From an uncultured Acidobacteriaceae bacterium (GTDB lineage Bacteria; Acidobacteriota; Terriglobia; Terriglobales; Acidobacteriaceae): 64,000 nucleotides of DNA. A model generated the notes under the pieces. The model was given only the letters and a program-made list of their open reading frames with translations. It did no database searches and was not told the DNA's origin. A program made the position numbers and the translations under genes. This document shows positions 46,095-54,807 of the stretch, in pieces. The stretch is from assembly GCA_963731405.1 (NCBI GenBank), contig CAVSVS010000018.1, positions 14,704-78,703 of the forward strand. The letters are read 5' to 3'. How positions within the stretch are numbered: position 1 is the first letter of the stretch; every line of letters starts with the position of its first letter.

Positions 46095-46999
46095 GAGCGC
46101 TAGCCAATCCGATGTTGCTGCGGGCTGCCATCGTGTTGTTCTGCGCGACGTTTGCGTTTCTACTCGGTTTGCTCTTCATGCGGCTGCTCAAGCAAAACAT
46201 TTCGGAAGAACGAAATTTTTCAGCCACCGCGCAACCGACGCTGGAGACGCTGCCGCTTCACCTCTACAACACCGTGATTCAGCAGCTCAAGCAGCAGAAA
46301 CATGAACTGCAGGTGCAATCGGAAGCCGAGCAGCGCCGATTGCGTACCACGGAAAATTTCAGCCAGGCGGTGCTTTCCAATCTATCGTGCGGAGTGCTGG
46401 TGTTCGGCATGAATGGGCTGGTCAAGACCGCCAATCCGGCAGCAAAGGCGATTCTCGGTTTTGCTTCCCCGACCGGGATGGGAGCGCAAGATATTTTTCG
46501 CGGAGCTCTAGTCAGTTCCAAGGTTCAGACAACAAGTACGGGCTCGGATGACAACAGCGATGAAGCCGTGGGAATGGCGGACAAGATCCGCGAAGTGTTG
46601 CAGGAAGAAAGTAAGCGGTGCAACGTGGAAGCCGAGTACGAAACTCCGGCCGGCGCAAAGCGATTCATTGCGGTAACGATTTCTCCGGTGCCGTCGGTGG
46701 ATGGGAGTCTGCTGGGTGCGGCCTGCCTGATCAACGACATGAGCGAGTTGGAACAGATCCGGCGCCAACAGCAACTGGACGGTGAGATTTCGGCGGAGAA
46801 GGCACTGCAATTGCGCACGTCGCTGGCCACGATATCCAGCTGCGCGCAGCAACTTGCCAGCAGCCGCGATGCGGAAACGGCGCAGCAACTGGCAGGGGAT
46901 ATTGCACACGAGGCCACGGAATTGGACCGCAGCATCGGCGGATTCTTGACCAAGACTCAGGCCGTGCAGGGAGCGGCCGCGGCTAGCGGCGCAAATTGA
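46091..46999 (+). CDS. Membrane-anchored PAS sensor with a His-less DHp-like segment and no ATPase domain
   Basis: The GTG start overlaps the pilD stop (GTGA). It has a TM helix and a PAS-like region (GVLVFGMNGLVKTANPAAKAILGF...INDMSELE). The segment EKALQLRTSLATISSCAQQL resembles a HisKA H-box with Leu at the His position. The protein ends about 60 aa later. Confidence 0.7.
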   Translation: MRALANPMLLRAAIVLFCATFAFLLGLLFMRLLKQNISEERNFSATAQPTLETLPLHLYNTVIQQLKQQKHELQVQSEAEQRRLRTTENFSQAVLSNLSCGVLVFGMNGLVKTANPAAKAILGFASPTGMGAQDIFRGALVSSKVQTTSTGSDDNSDEAVGMADKIREVLQEESKRCNVEAEYETPAGAKRFIAVTISPVPSVDGSLLGAACLINDMSELEQIRRQQQLDGEISAEKALQLRTSLATISSCAQQLASSRDAETAQQLAGDIAHEATELDRSIGGFLTKTQAVQGAAAASGAN

Positions 47000-47071
47000 G
47001 TTCGAAGGACAGGCCACGGCGGCGGATAGCCGCCAGGGCGAAACAGACGCAAGCGTGAAGGAAAAGGTGGA

Positions 47072-47761
47072 ATGATGAAACATATTGCATGCAGTGGAAT
47101 TGGTCTCGTGCTGCTTTTGGGTTTGACCGGCGTTCCGGCCGGTGCACAGAATCAGGGTTCGACAGCCTCGCAAAACTCTTCCTCCGGTTCGTCTTTAGGC
47201 GAGTACGCCCGGCAGGTCCGAAAGGATCCCGGCAGCACCGCCAAGCCGAAAGTGTTCGACAACGACAATTTGCCCAGGGAAGACAAACTTTCCATCGTAG
47301 GGCAACCGGCCGCCCCGGCGGCCAGCAGCGACACCGACGCCAAAGCGACTCAGGCGGAGAACTCCACGCCGAGTGATGCCAAGCCAGGTGCGGATAGCAA
47401 AACTGCGTCACCCGAGAAAGCCCCGCTGACCAGCACGCCCAAAGCTCCCGACGACGACAAGATCAAGGAGAATGCGGTGAAGCAATGGGCCGACAAGCTC
47501 GCGGCGCAGAAGGATCAAATCGATCTGCTGACCCGTGAACTGGATGTACTGCAGCGCGAATATCAAATCCGTGCCGCCGCAATGTATGCGGACGCGGGGA
47601 ACAGAATGCGCAACTCCGGCGACTGGGATAAACAGGACGCGCAGTACAAGCAACAGATTGCGGACAAGCAGAAGGCGCTCGAAGACGCCAAACAGAAACT
47701 GGAAGACACGCAGGAAGATGCACGGAAAGCAGGAGTGCCGTCATCAGTCCGCGAGCCGTAA
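47072..47761 (+). CDS. Secreted hypothetical protein with a coiled-coil C-terminus
   Basis: 229 aa with a signal peptide, a Ser/Pro/Ala-rich linker and a heptad-rich C-terminus (DQIDLLTRELDVLQREYQIR...). Confidence 0.65.
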   Translation: MMKHIACSGIGLVLLLGLTGVPAGAQNQGSTASQNSSSGSSLGEYARQVRKDPGSTAKPKVFDNDNLPREDKLSIVGQPAAPAASSDTDAKATQAENSTPSDAKPGADSKTASPEKAPLTSTPKAPDDDKIKENAVKQWADKLAAQKDQIDLLTRELDVLQREYQIRAAAMYADAGNRMRNSGDWDKQDAQYKQQIADKQKALEDAKQKLEDTQEDARKAGVPSSVREP

Positions 47762-47776
47762 ATTCAGTTTGGAAAT

Positions 47777-47813
47777 TCGAGCGCCGAAGCTTGCTCCGGC
47801 GCTCGATTTTTTT
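47777..47813 (+). terminator. Rho-independent terminator
   Basis: A perfect 10-bp stem TCGAGCGCCG-10 nt-CGGCGCTCGA is followed by seven T, 16 nt after the stop at 47761. Confidence 0.85.
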
Positions 47814-47840
47814 GCTACCGTAGGCGGCGAGGCACCGGCG

Positions 47841-48344
47841 CTACGCTTGCGTACGCAGGCGGCGAAGTTGCTTTACGTGATGCAGGCCATGCACCAGATG
47901 AAACTTCCTCCATTGGTCTGCCGTGAGCGGGCCGAGGATGGGATGATCGAGAAGTTTCTGGCGCGACCCGAGTTTTTCTTCGCAGCGGCGAATAATGTCA
48001 TCCATCTCTCCGATCTTCGGGCCGATCTCGGCACGCACTTTTTCGGGGGGAACTCCGCGGGGGCGAGCGACGGGCGGGGCTTCCCTGCCGGAGGGCAGAT
48101 GGCCGAGTCCCACAACCACAAAGGTTCTGCCTCGCTGTGCCCAGGTTTGAGCGGTGGCCAGGGACTTGCCGGCTTCGACGACGCGCTCGAATCCCTTGAT
48201 GGTGCCCGTATAAGTTAAATACAAGTGTTCCAGGACCTCAGCGGCACACCACTTGCCGGGTGGGTGGGCGATCAGTTGCGCAGGCGACATGGGCGCGACG
48301 GCTGCGGCAATCTCTGCTTGCAATTTTTGCAGACGAGGGTCCAC
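47841..48344 (-). CDS. DinB-like (DinB_2/DUF1569-type) protein
   Basis: 167 aa. It contains WCAAEVLEHL and a C-terminal HLVHGLHHVKQL His motif. Confidence 0.8.
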   Translation of the reverse strand: MDPRLQKLQAEIAAAVAPMSPAQLIAHPPGKWCAAEVLEHLYLTYTGTIKGFERVVEAGKSLATAQTWAQRGRTFVVVGLGHLPSGREAPPVARPRGVPPEKVRAEIGPKIGEMDDIIRRCEEKLGSRQKLLDHPILGPLTADQWRKFHLVHGLHHVKQLRRLRTQA

Positions 48345-48427
48345 GAGGGTTACTTACCTTTTCCGCCCTTTCGGTTAGAATGTTGCGCGAACAAGAAACT
48401 CATTCACGTTATCACAGGAAGGATGTC

Positions 48428-49180
48428 ATGAAGACGGCCAGCCCTGCCCCTAGGGAGTTGCACGCAATGGCAGCGAAGATGTCGGGAACGGCGCTGCAGA
48501 GCAGTCGGAATCAGCCATCATCCAATCAGAGAAGCGCGTTTCGCAGCAACATCTATGCGGGTTTATTGGCTGCGCTGGTCATGACGCTTCTGGCGTTGTT
48601 AAGCTCGTGCTCCTCGGAACCCGAAAAACCAGCGGAATCTGCGAAGCCGGAAGTGAAGGGACCGGAGCTGATCACGGCTCGCTCTGCATTTCAGAAACTG
48701 TATGTGGCGGCGCGCGGTTGGAATCAGGATGCGCAGCCCTACCGGATTGAGTCGACCGCAACCAGCGACGGCAACGGTCACGATGGCAAGTGGGCCATCT
48801 GGCGATGCAGCTTTGCCTCGCCCAGCAAGCGCTCGTCGAAGGCATATACCTGGTCAGGAAGTGCAGCCGATGGGGCGCCGTCGCGCGGGGTGGATCCAGG
48901 AAGAGAAGACAGCTACAGTCCATCGAACTCTTCGACGCAAGTGTTCGATATGGCGTTCCTCAAAATCGATTCGGATCAGGCTTTCGCGACCGCCCAGAAG
49001 CACGGCGGCGACAAGGTTCTGGAGAAGACGCCCGACACGCCTGTGACCTACATTTGCGACTGGAATCACAACACGAATGAATTGACCTGGCATGTGATTT
49101 ATGGGACTAGTCGTGAGGGAGCAAAGCTGACGGTAGCTGTGAATGCATCTACCGGTGAATTTATTCGCGTTGAGAAATAG
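48428..49180 (+). CDS. Hypothetical lipoprotein
   Basis: ATG 48428 was chosen. The TM/lipobox-like sequence is LLAALVMTLLALLSSCSS. No domain is recognised. Confidence 0.65.
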   Translation: MKTASPAPRELHAMAAKMSGTALQSSRNQPSSNQRSAFRSNIYAGLLAALVMTLLALLSSCSSEPEKPAESAKPEVKGPELITARSAFQKLYVAARGWNQDAQPYRIESTATSDGNGHDGKWAIWRCSFASPSKRSSKAYTWSGSAADGAPSRGVDPGREDSYSPSNSSTQVFDMAFLKIDSDQAFATAQKHGGDKVLEKTPDTPVTYICDWNHNTNELTWHVIYGTSREGAKLTVAVNASTGEFIRVEK

Positions 49181-49525
49181 CTTGCCGCACCGGTGATGCG
49201 GCTGGCTATGCAGTTGGAGTTGGAGAAAAATTAGGGGTTCGGGCCTTGCTTGTGAAAGGTCCGGCCGTCGATCGTGGAAGAGAACCGGTACAACGGTTCG
49301 GCCGATGCGATTGCCCGCTTAGGTCCGTGAACTTTTCACCGCTCCTCAATTCGTTGTCCTGGGGTAAACGCAGGTGGATCCCGAAAAACCGTAATGGGGA
49401 GGACTGCGTCGGTACGCGGTTCGCATGAGACCCACCCTGCGAGGTTGTCGATAGTGGCGGTTGGTATATTCTACGGCGTTAGTTATACGTGGTTCAAGAA
49501 ATAAGCAGTAGCGTTATTGGAGGCG

Positions 49526-50203
49526 ATGGTGCCGAGGCATCCCGATCCTGATTTGGAGCAACGTATCCTTGGGGCGGCATCGCGCCTGTGGGCGCGTGGC
49601 GGCGAAAAGACTCTGACCATGCGCGCGGTGGCCAAGGCAGCCGGCACCACTACGCCGACGGTGTACGAGCGCTACCGCGACCGCGATGACATTCTTCGTT
49701 CGCTGCGCATGGAAACGCGACGGGAGTTGTTTGCCGTCCTCAGTGACACGAAGACTCTTCGCGAGGCGTTTCAACAGCATCTCGAGTTTGCCCTCAAACA
49801 CAGCCACGCTTACGAGATGCTGTTTGACGGGGTGGCCAAGCCTCCCTCCCTGCACGAACCCTGGCCGTCGTTCAATCTAATGCGTGAACGGGTCGCCATA
49901 CGTCTCGGCGGGAGGCCCCGGCAACACACGCGACTCATGCTCGCAGTATGGTCGTTGATGCACGGGGCCGCTATGCTGATTATTCGCGGCGGCTTTGAAG
50001 GCGTACTGCGAGACCAGATGGTGCACGCGTGCCTGGACGCATTCGACGACATTCTTGATGCGGCTGCGCGATCGAAAGGCCTGGCCCACTCCGGTCCGAA
50101 GTGGCCGTCCAATCTGATTCTGGGCGAAGGCAAGCAGAGTCGTGCGGGCAATGTCGAAGGCAACGACCGGAAGGCCAAAATCAAAATCGGGAAACATAGG
50201 TGA
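49526..50203 (+). CDS. TetR/AcrR family transcriptional regulator
   Basis: The HTH is LTMRAVAKAAGTTTPTVYERYRDRDDIL. The start is uncertain: TTG 49517, ATG 49526 or GTG 49529. Confidence 0.85.
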   Translation: MVPRHPDPDLEQRILGAASRLWARGGEKTLTMRAVAKAAGTTTPTVYERYRDRDDILRSLRMETRRELFAVLSDTKTLREAFQQHLEFALKHSHAYEMLFDGVAKPPSLHEPWPSFNLMRERVAIRLGGRPRQHTRLMLAVWSLMHGAAMLIIRGGFEGVLRDQMVHACLDAFDDILDAAARSKGLAHSGPKWPSNLILGEGKQSRAGNVEGNDRKAKIKIGKHR

Positions 50204-50269
50204 GCCAACTCAACTCTGCGAGTTCGCGCAGGCACAATGGCTCCGAGCGTAAACGTTCACGGTCGCGTT

Positions 50270-50908
50270 TTACGGAGCAGGCTTCACATTCGCAGCGGCG
50301 CCCTTTAGCCGGTCGATCGCCTTTTGAGCTTCTTCTGCTTGCGGTCCGTGAGGCAGGATCTTTAGATAGCTTTCGTATGCCTTGCCGGCATCGTCGGGCT
50401 GATCCAATTTTTCCAGGCACACGGCGAGGTGATAGGTGGCCTCGGCGTCGTTGTCTTTGTAGTACAACGCTTCGCGATAGCGGTCGGCAGCGGCGCGATA
50501 GTTCTTGCGCTTGAAGTAGAAGTCTCCCACCTCAATATCCTTCGCGGCCTTGTGCGGGTTCCAGGGATGAAACTCAGCTACGTTGCCGTTGCCGGGCGCG
50601 GCGGTCTCGTCTACCAATAGGTCTGAACTTTCCGGGTGAGCCTTGTCATCCCCGGGCGGGGGACTCAAATCGATAAGAGTGTCTTTGCTCGAGCTTTGCC
50701 CTCCTGCATCTTCGAGGGTATCGGCGTCGACGCGGTCGGATCGTGGTGGGGTCAGATTGGGATTCCGGGGAGTCAACGGCTTAGGATCCTGCGCTGACTT
50801 CGAACTGGGCGTTTGCGCACTCGAAGGGGAGGAATTGGAGGGAGTGGAGTTTTGCGCCCGCACACCCAACGTGCATGCAACGCATATTAAAACAAGACAA
50901 CTACGCAT
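50270..50908 (-). CDS. Secreted TPR-repeat protein
   Basis: It has a signal peptide and a Ser/Pro-rich linker. The TPR units are GDFYFKRKNYRAAADRYREALYY and AEATYHLAVCLEKLDQPDDAGKAYESYLKI. Confidence 0.8.
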   Translation of the reverse strand: MRSCLVLICVACTLGVRAQNSTPSNSSPSSAQTPSSKSAQDPKPLTPRNPNLTPPRSDRVDADTLEDAGGQSSSKDTLIDLSPPPGDDKAHPESSDLLVDETAAPGNGNVAEFHPWNPHKAAKDIEVGDFYFKRKNYRAAADRYREALYYKDNDAEATYHLAVCLEKLDQPDDAGKAYESYLKILPHGPQAEEAQKAIDRLKGAAANVKPAP

Positions 50909-50923
50909 AGGATTATTTTACCT

Positions 50924-51772
50924 TCAACCGTGAGTGGCGCGAAACGACTGCAAGCACTTCTGTGCGGTCTCAAGTTCCGGGAAGCGGCTTCCCTCTTGTT
51001 CGATGAGGTAGTACTCGACGCCACCCACGCTTTCGGCCGCTTGAAAAATACCCTTCCAGTCGGCGACGCCTTCTCCAAAGAGGACCTTGTAGCCTTTGCC
51101 GGGATCGCGCGACCACTCTTTACAATGGATGGAGCGAATGCGTCCCGGGTTGGCTCGGATCCAAGATACTGGATCGGCGCCAGCTTCCAGGCAGGTGCCC
51201 ACGTCCAGCTGCAGCATCACGGACGGCTTAGTGTTCTTGGCAATGATCTCAATGGGGCGCGTGCCGGGCGCGCCGGTGAATTCGGCCTGATGGTTGTGAT
51301 ACCCGGTCTTAAGACCCGAGGGGGCGAGCCTGTCGGCGGCGGAGTTCAGCGTGTCGGCAATTGCCTTCCAGCCATCGACGCCGGTCTTAGGATCGCTCCA
51401 GGCGAGGACTACATATTTGCTGCCGAGAATCAGGTTGTAGTCGCGTGCCCGGTCGATGTTTTTCGCAATAAAATAATCGGCATCGTTGTGGGTGGAATAG
51501 CAGCGCATTCCGAGATCATCGAGCAACTTGCGAGTCTGCTTAGCCTCGGTTTCGGTCCATTCGAAGTACGGAGCGTAGAACTCGACCGCTTGGTAGCCCA
51601 TTTTCGCGACGGCGCGAAGGGTGCCATCGGGATCCTGCTTGAGCGAGTCGCGCACGGAGTAGAGCTCGAGGCCCACCGGGATGGTAGTGGCAGAAGCTGC
51701 GCTCCTGAAGGCCCAGGGCAAGGTGGCAGACATCGCAAGGAAGGTGCGGCGGGAGAGTGCGCTCATTGGCAT
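50924..51772 (-). CDS. Sugar phosphate isomerase/epimerase (xylose isomerase-like TIM barrel) with a Tat-like signal
   Basis: 282 aa. It contains SRRTFLAMSATL, VGLELYSVRD, GYQAVEF and YHNH. Confidence 0.9.
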   Translation of the reverse strand: MPMSALSRRTFLAMSATLPWAFRSAASATTIPVGLELYSVRDSLKQDPDGTLRAVAKMGYQAVEFYAPYFEWTETEAKQTRKLLDDLGMRCYSTHNDADYFIAKNIDRARDYNLILGSKYVVLAWSDPKTGVDGWKAIADTLNSAADRLAPSGLKTGYHNHQAEFTGAPGTRPIEIIAKNTKPSVMLQLDVGTCLEAGADPVSWIRANPGRIRSIHCKEWSRDPGKGYKVLFGEGVADWKGIFQAAESVGGVEYYLIEQEGSRFPELETAQKCLQSFRATHG

Positions 51773-51877
51773 GCGTGAAATCCTAACTCTTTACGCCGAT
51801 TCGTAGAAAAAGATTTTAACCACAAGAAGACGCTCAGCAAGAGCCACGGAGTTTGCAGGTCAACACCGATACTGAAC

Positions 51878-51917
51878 AAAAAAGCAGGCCGCTCAGGGGG
51901 AGGCATTGAGCGGCCTG
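51878..51917 (-). terminator. Rho-independent terminator for the OmpA-family gene
   Basis: The minus-strand RNA has a perfect 11-bp stem CAGGCCGCTCA-11 nt-TGAGCGGCCTG followed by CTTTTTT. Confidence 0.8.
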
Positions 51918-52022
51918 GTTGGCGAAGTCCTCCGGGGAGGAGGGTAAACTTGAGGCGCTTGTGCGGCGTCTGAGCCGCGCGCCGAAATCCCGAGTGAAGC
52001 GAGGGATCCCGGGCCTCACAAC

Positions 52023-52757
52023 TCACATCGATGACGGATTGCTCGTGGCCGGCGCAGCGGTTGGCTGCGTAGTGTCGCCCACGGTGTTTGTCATGAGGCG
52101 GACATCGACGCGGCGGTTGTCAGCACGACCGCTGGAGGTCTTGTTCGACTCCACGGGCTTATCTTTTCCGAGACCGATCACGTAAATCTTGTGCGCGGGC
52201 ACGTTGTACTTGGTAGCCAGATACTGAATCACCGAATTGGCTCGGCGCTGGCTGAGATCATAGTTGTAGTCTGCTGGTCCAACGGAGTCCGTTCCGCCTT
52301 CCAGCGCAATGATGTATCCCTTGGTGCTGGCGATCTGGCCAGCGAGCTGATCGAGCGTTTGCTGCGCCTCAGGAGTCAGATTGTCCTTGTTGAATCCGAA
52401 TTTTACCGAGGTCTCGGCGACGGCGTGATAGTTGTCGAGATTGGCTACAGTGTTGGTCAGAACGCCTACGCGGCTGTTGGCGGCATCGGCCATTTGCTGG
52501 GCGGAAGCTGCGTTCTGTCCGGCGGTTTGAGCCTTCTGCTCGACTTCGGCGGTCTTAGCATTCACGGCCTGAATGCCCGCCTGGGCCCGCGCGTCAACGT
52601 CCTTGATGTCTTTCGAATTCTTCGCGGTCAGATCGTCGAGCTCGTTGGTCTTGTTGATCAGTGGCGTTGTTTGTGACTTCACGTAGTTCTTGCTGGAACA
52701 GCCAACGGTTGCCACCATGCTGGCTGCCAGGCAAATCACTAACGAAGTGCGGTTCAT
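52023..52757 (-). CDS. OmpA-family lipoprotein
   Basis: The lipobox is VATVGCSS, followed by a helical linker. The OmpA_C motifs are FGFNKDNL, GGTDSVGPADYNYDLSQRRANSV and NRRVDVRL. Confidence 0.9.
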   Translation of the reverse strand: MNRTSLVICLAASMVATVGCSSKNYVKSQTTPLINKTNELDDLTAKNSKDIKDVDARAQAGIQAVNAKTAEVEQKAQTAGQNAASAQQMADAANSRVGVLTNTVANLDNYHAVAETSVKFGFNKDNLTPEAQQTLDQLAGQIASTKGYIIALEGGTDSVGPADYNYDLSQRRANSVIQYLATKYNVPAHKIYVIGLGKDKPVESNKTSSGRADNRRVDVRLMTNTVGDTTQPTAAPATSNPSSM

Positions 52758-53053
52758 AGGGTGAGGCTCCTTGGTAAGTCTCTTGAACTTTCAGAACTTG
52801 TCGGACGCCTTTCTGGCGACCGGAAATCTGTAATTTCCAATTACCGGGAAATGATTCCACAGCTCGACTACGGGCTTTACTTGTGCACGGCACATGCCAG
52901 TTTCCCGGCCTGGCCAGGGCGGCAATAAGTATATACGTTTTCAACGCTTTGCGGTTATTTTGCGAAGGCGCAGAAAAGTGCATAGCGCGGCGAAACTATG
53001 CAAACCCACATACAGGATGGAAATTTTATACGGTAAGACTCAAGGGCTACCAG

Positions 53054-53464
53054 TCAACGACCCCGAGGTGGGCAGAGGAGTGGGATTGTCTCCCGTTTGT
53101 TTCGCCGATACACGCGGAAATCACTTTGATCCACCGTGATGACGGTATGACGAGGATAAAGCTCACTCATACGAATAAGGCAAAGGTCAGCGAGATCGGG
53201 CTTGCGATCAGCGTAACGCCGCGCGAGATCGTTCAATTGGGGCATGTGGCGCGAACAGTCAAATGCCACTCGCAACATCTCATCTTCGACCAGCGAAAGA
53301 ACGTAAGAACTCGATTCCAGGTAAAACGCAGCTTCTGCGAGAACGGATTCGCAGGTTAGAAGGGGTTCAGTAATTTCTTTCGCGACGTCGAGAGCCCAAG
53401 CGTGATGTCGATCATTCGCGCGGGCAAACGCCACGATAAATCCTGTGTCAGCGATGCCTTTCAT
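53054..53464 (-). CDS. vapC: PIN-domain toxin (VapC-like)
   Basis: 136 aa with acidic PIN residues in the expected contexts (IADTGF, SVLAEAAF, PDLADLCLI, VITVDQSDF). The start overlaps the upstream stop (ATGA). Confidence 0.85.
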   Translation of the reverse strand: MKGIADTGFIVAFARANDRHHAWALDVAKEITEPLLTCESVLAEAAFYLESSSYVLSLVEDEMLRVAFDCSRHMPQLNDLARRYADRKPDLADLCLIRMSELYPRHTVITVDQSDFRVYRRNKRETIPLLCPPRGR

Positions 53465-53676
53465 GAGCGGGAGAATCCCTTGCGGGAGGACACATCCGGA
53501 GGGCCACCGCGAATCGCGCCCGCATGACGTAAAAATCGCTGCTTTTCTGCGCCGGACCTGGCGGATTCGAGATGCTGGCGAATGAGCCGGCCCACAGGTA
53601 CGCCGGTCTGGCGGGACTTCGCTTTAAGCCAAGCGAGCAGTTCCTCTGTAAGGCGAATCGTGAGTGTATGACTCAT
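53461..53676 (-). CDS. Ribbon-helix-helix (CopG-like) antitoxin
   Basis: MSHTLTIRLTEELLAWLKAKSRQTGVPVGRLIRQHLE is a typical RHH N-terminus. It is coupled to the PIN gene by a 4-nt overlap. Confidence 0.75.
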   Translation of the reverse strand: MSHTLTIRLTEELLAWLKAKSRQTGVPVGRLIRQHLESARSGAEKQRFLRHAGAIRGGPPDVSSRKGFSRS

Positions 53677-53706
53677 ACTGCAATAGTGTAACACACGCGA
53701 TGCCTG

Positions 53707-54747
53707 CTATTTCCAGACATCGGTAATAGGGGCAGCCTCGCGATCGTTGGCTGTGAGAGGCTCGAGGCCGAAATTGTCTTCGATCGTTCGCAAGAGGTTG
53801 TAGTGAGTGTAGTGCTCCGCCAGATCCTTGTGATCCTGCTGGTTCGCGGGTTTGACCATGTCGCCCAGGAGCAGCGTGTAAATGCGGTTGTCGGTGTTGC
53901 CACCAGATTCGTCGAAAGTGACGACGACCAGGGTTCCCTTGCGCAGCTTCTCAGGGAAGGATTCGTCGAGGAATTTTTTCACCCACGCTCCGGCGACTTG
54001 GACGTTGGTGTCGTGGCCGTCGTGATTCATGTTGGGCGAGTAGAAGGAAAAGGCGACCAGCCCCTTGCGGGCGTCTTGCACGAAGAAGTTGTCGGACTTG
54101 CTGGAGTCGACACGAATCACATGGTCGCACCACTTCTCTTGCACTTCGCGAAAGCTAAGAAAAGGGACGTGGCGTCGCGTGTAATTACCTCTCTTCTCGG
54201 CAACATGCTGCGAAGAAATATTCCAGGGGCAGGTTCCCAGCGGCAGTTCCTCAGCGTATTGCTTGAAATCGAGACCGGAGGAGATGAGGTGATCGGCGAT
54301 GGTCTGGTGAGCAGCGTCCGCGGGATAGTTGACTTGGTTGTCGGCAAGCAAACGGCCGCGGCGATGGATGCCGAAATCGGTTCCCGCCACCATCGCCAGG
54401 TAGTTGGGATAGGACGGGTGAAACATGGCATGGAAGTTGGTAAAGCTGGCCCCGCGCGCAGCCAGTTCGGCAAGGTTCTTGTCCTGGATCGCGACCTCGT
54501 AGTCAACGTTTTCAAGCACGATGATGAGGACGCGATCGAAGTGGTGTGCCGTGGAGCGTGCAGCGGCACGGGCGGCTTCCTCCTCCTTGCCGGCGGGGGA
54601 CTTCGTCACTTGAGGCTGAGTGGCTTGGCTCGGTGGCGCTGGTGTGATGCTCTGGGCCGAGGCAAGAATCGCCGTAAACAAGACCGTCATAAAAATAACG
54701 TGGAGACTTCGAGAGGAAGATGCTGAAGACACCGACATAGAACTCAT
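53707..54747 (-). CDS. Phosphoesterase family protein (acid phosphatase / phospholipase C-like), secreted
   Basis: It contains FDRVLIIVLENVDYEVA, FHPSYPNYLAMVAG and MNHDGHD. The start is uncertain: ATGs end at 54738, 54747, 54765 and 54783. The track start at 54939 overlaps uvrC. Confidence 0.85.
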   Translation of the reverse strand: MSSMSVSSASSSRSLHVIFMTVLFTAILASAQSITPAPPSQATQPQVTKSPAGKEEEAARAAARSTAHHFDRVLIIVLENVDYEVAIQDKNLAELAARGASFTNFHAMFHPSYPNYLAMVAGTDFGIHRRGRLLADNQVNYPADAAHQTIADHLISSGLDFKQYAEELPLGTCPWNISSQHVAEKRGNYTRRHVPFLSFREVQEKWCDHVIRVDSSKSDNFFVQDARKGLVAFSFYSPNMNHDGHDTNVQVAGAWVKKFLDESFPEKLRKGTLVVVTFDESGGNTDNRIYTLLLGDMVKPANQQDHKDLAEHYTHYNLLRTIEDNFGLEPLTANDREAAPITDVWK

Positions 54748-54807
54748 CAGTCCTTTTTGTAACATAATGTTTGGCTTTTCCATCCAATAGAATAGATGCC
54801 TCGCGCC

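Noticed and set aside
50930-51778. 282-aa plus-strand ORF
   Set aside because: It is a mirror image of the sugar phosphate isomerase/epimerase gene on the minus strand. It is Gly/Ala/Arg-rich and has no domain.
53803-54726. 307-aa plus-strand ORF
   Set aside because: It is antisense to the phosphoesterase gene, which has clear family motifs.
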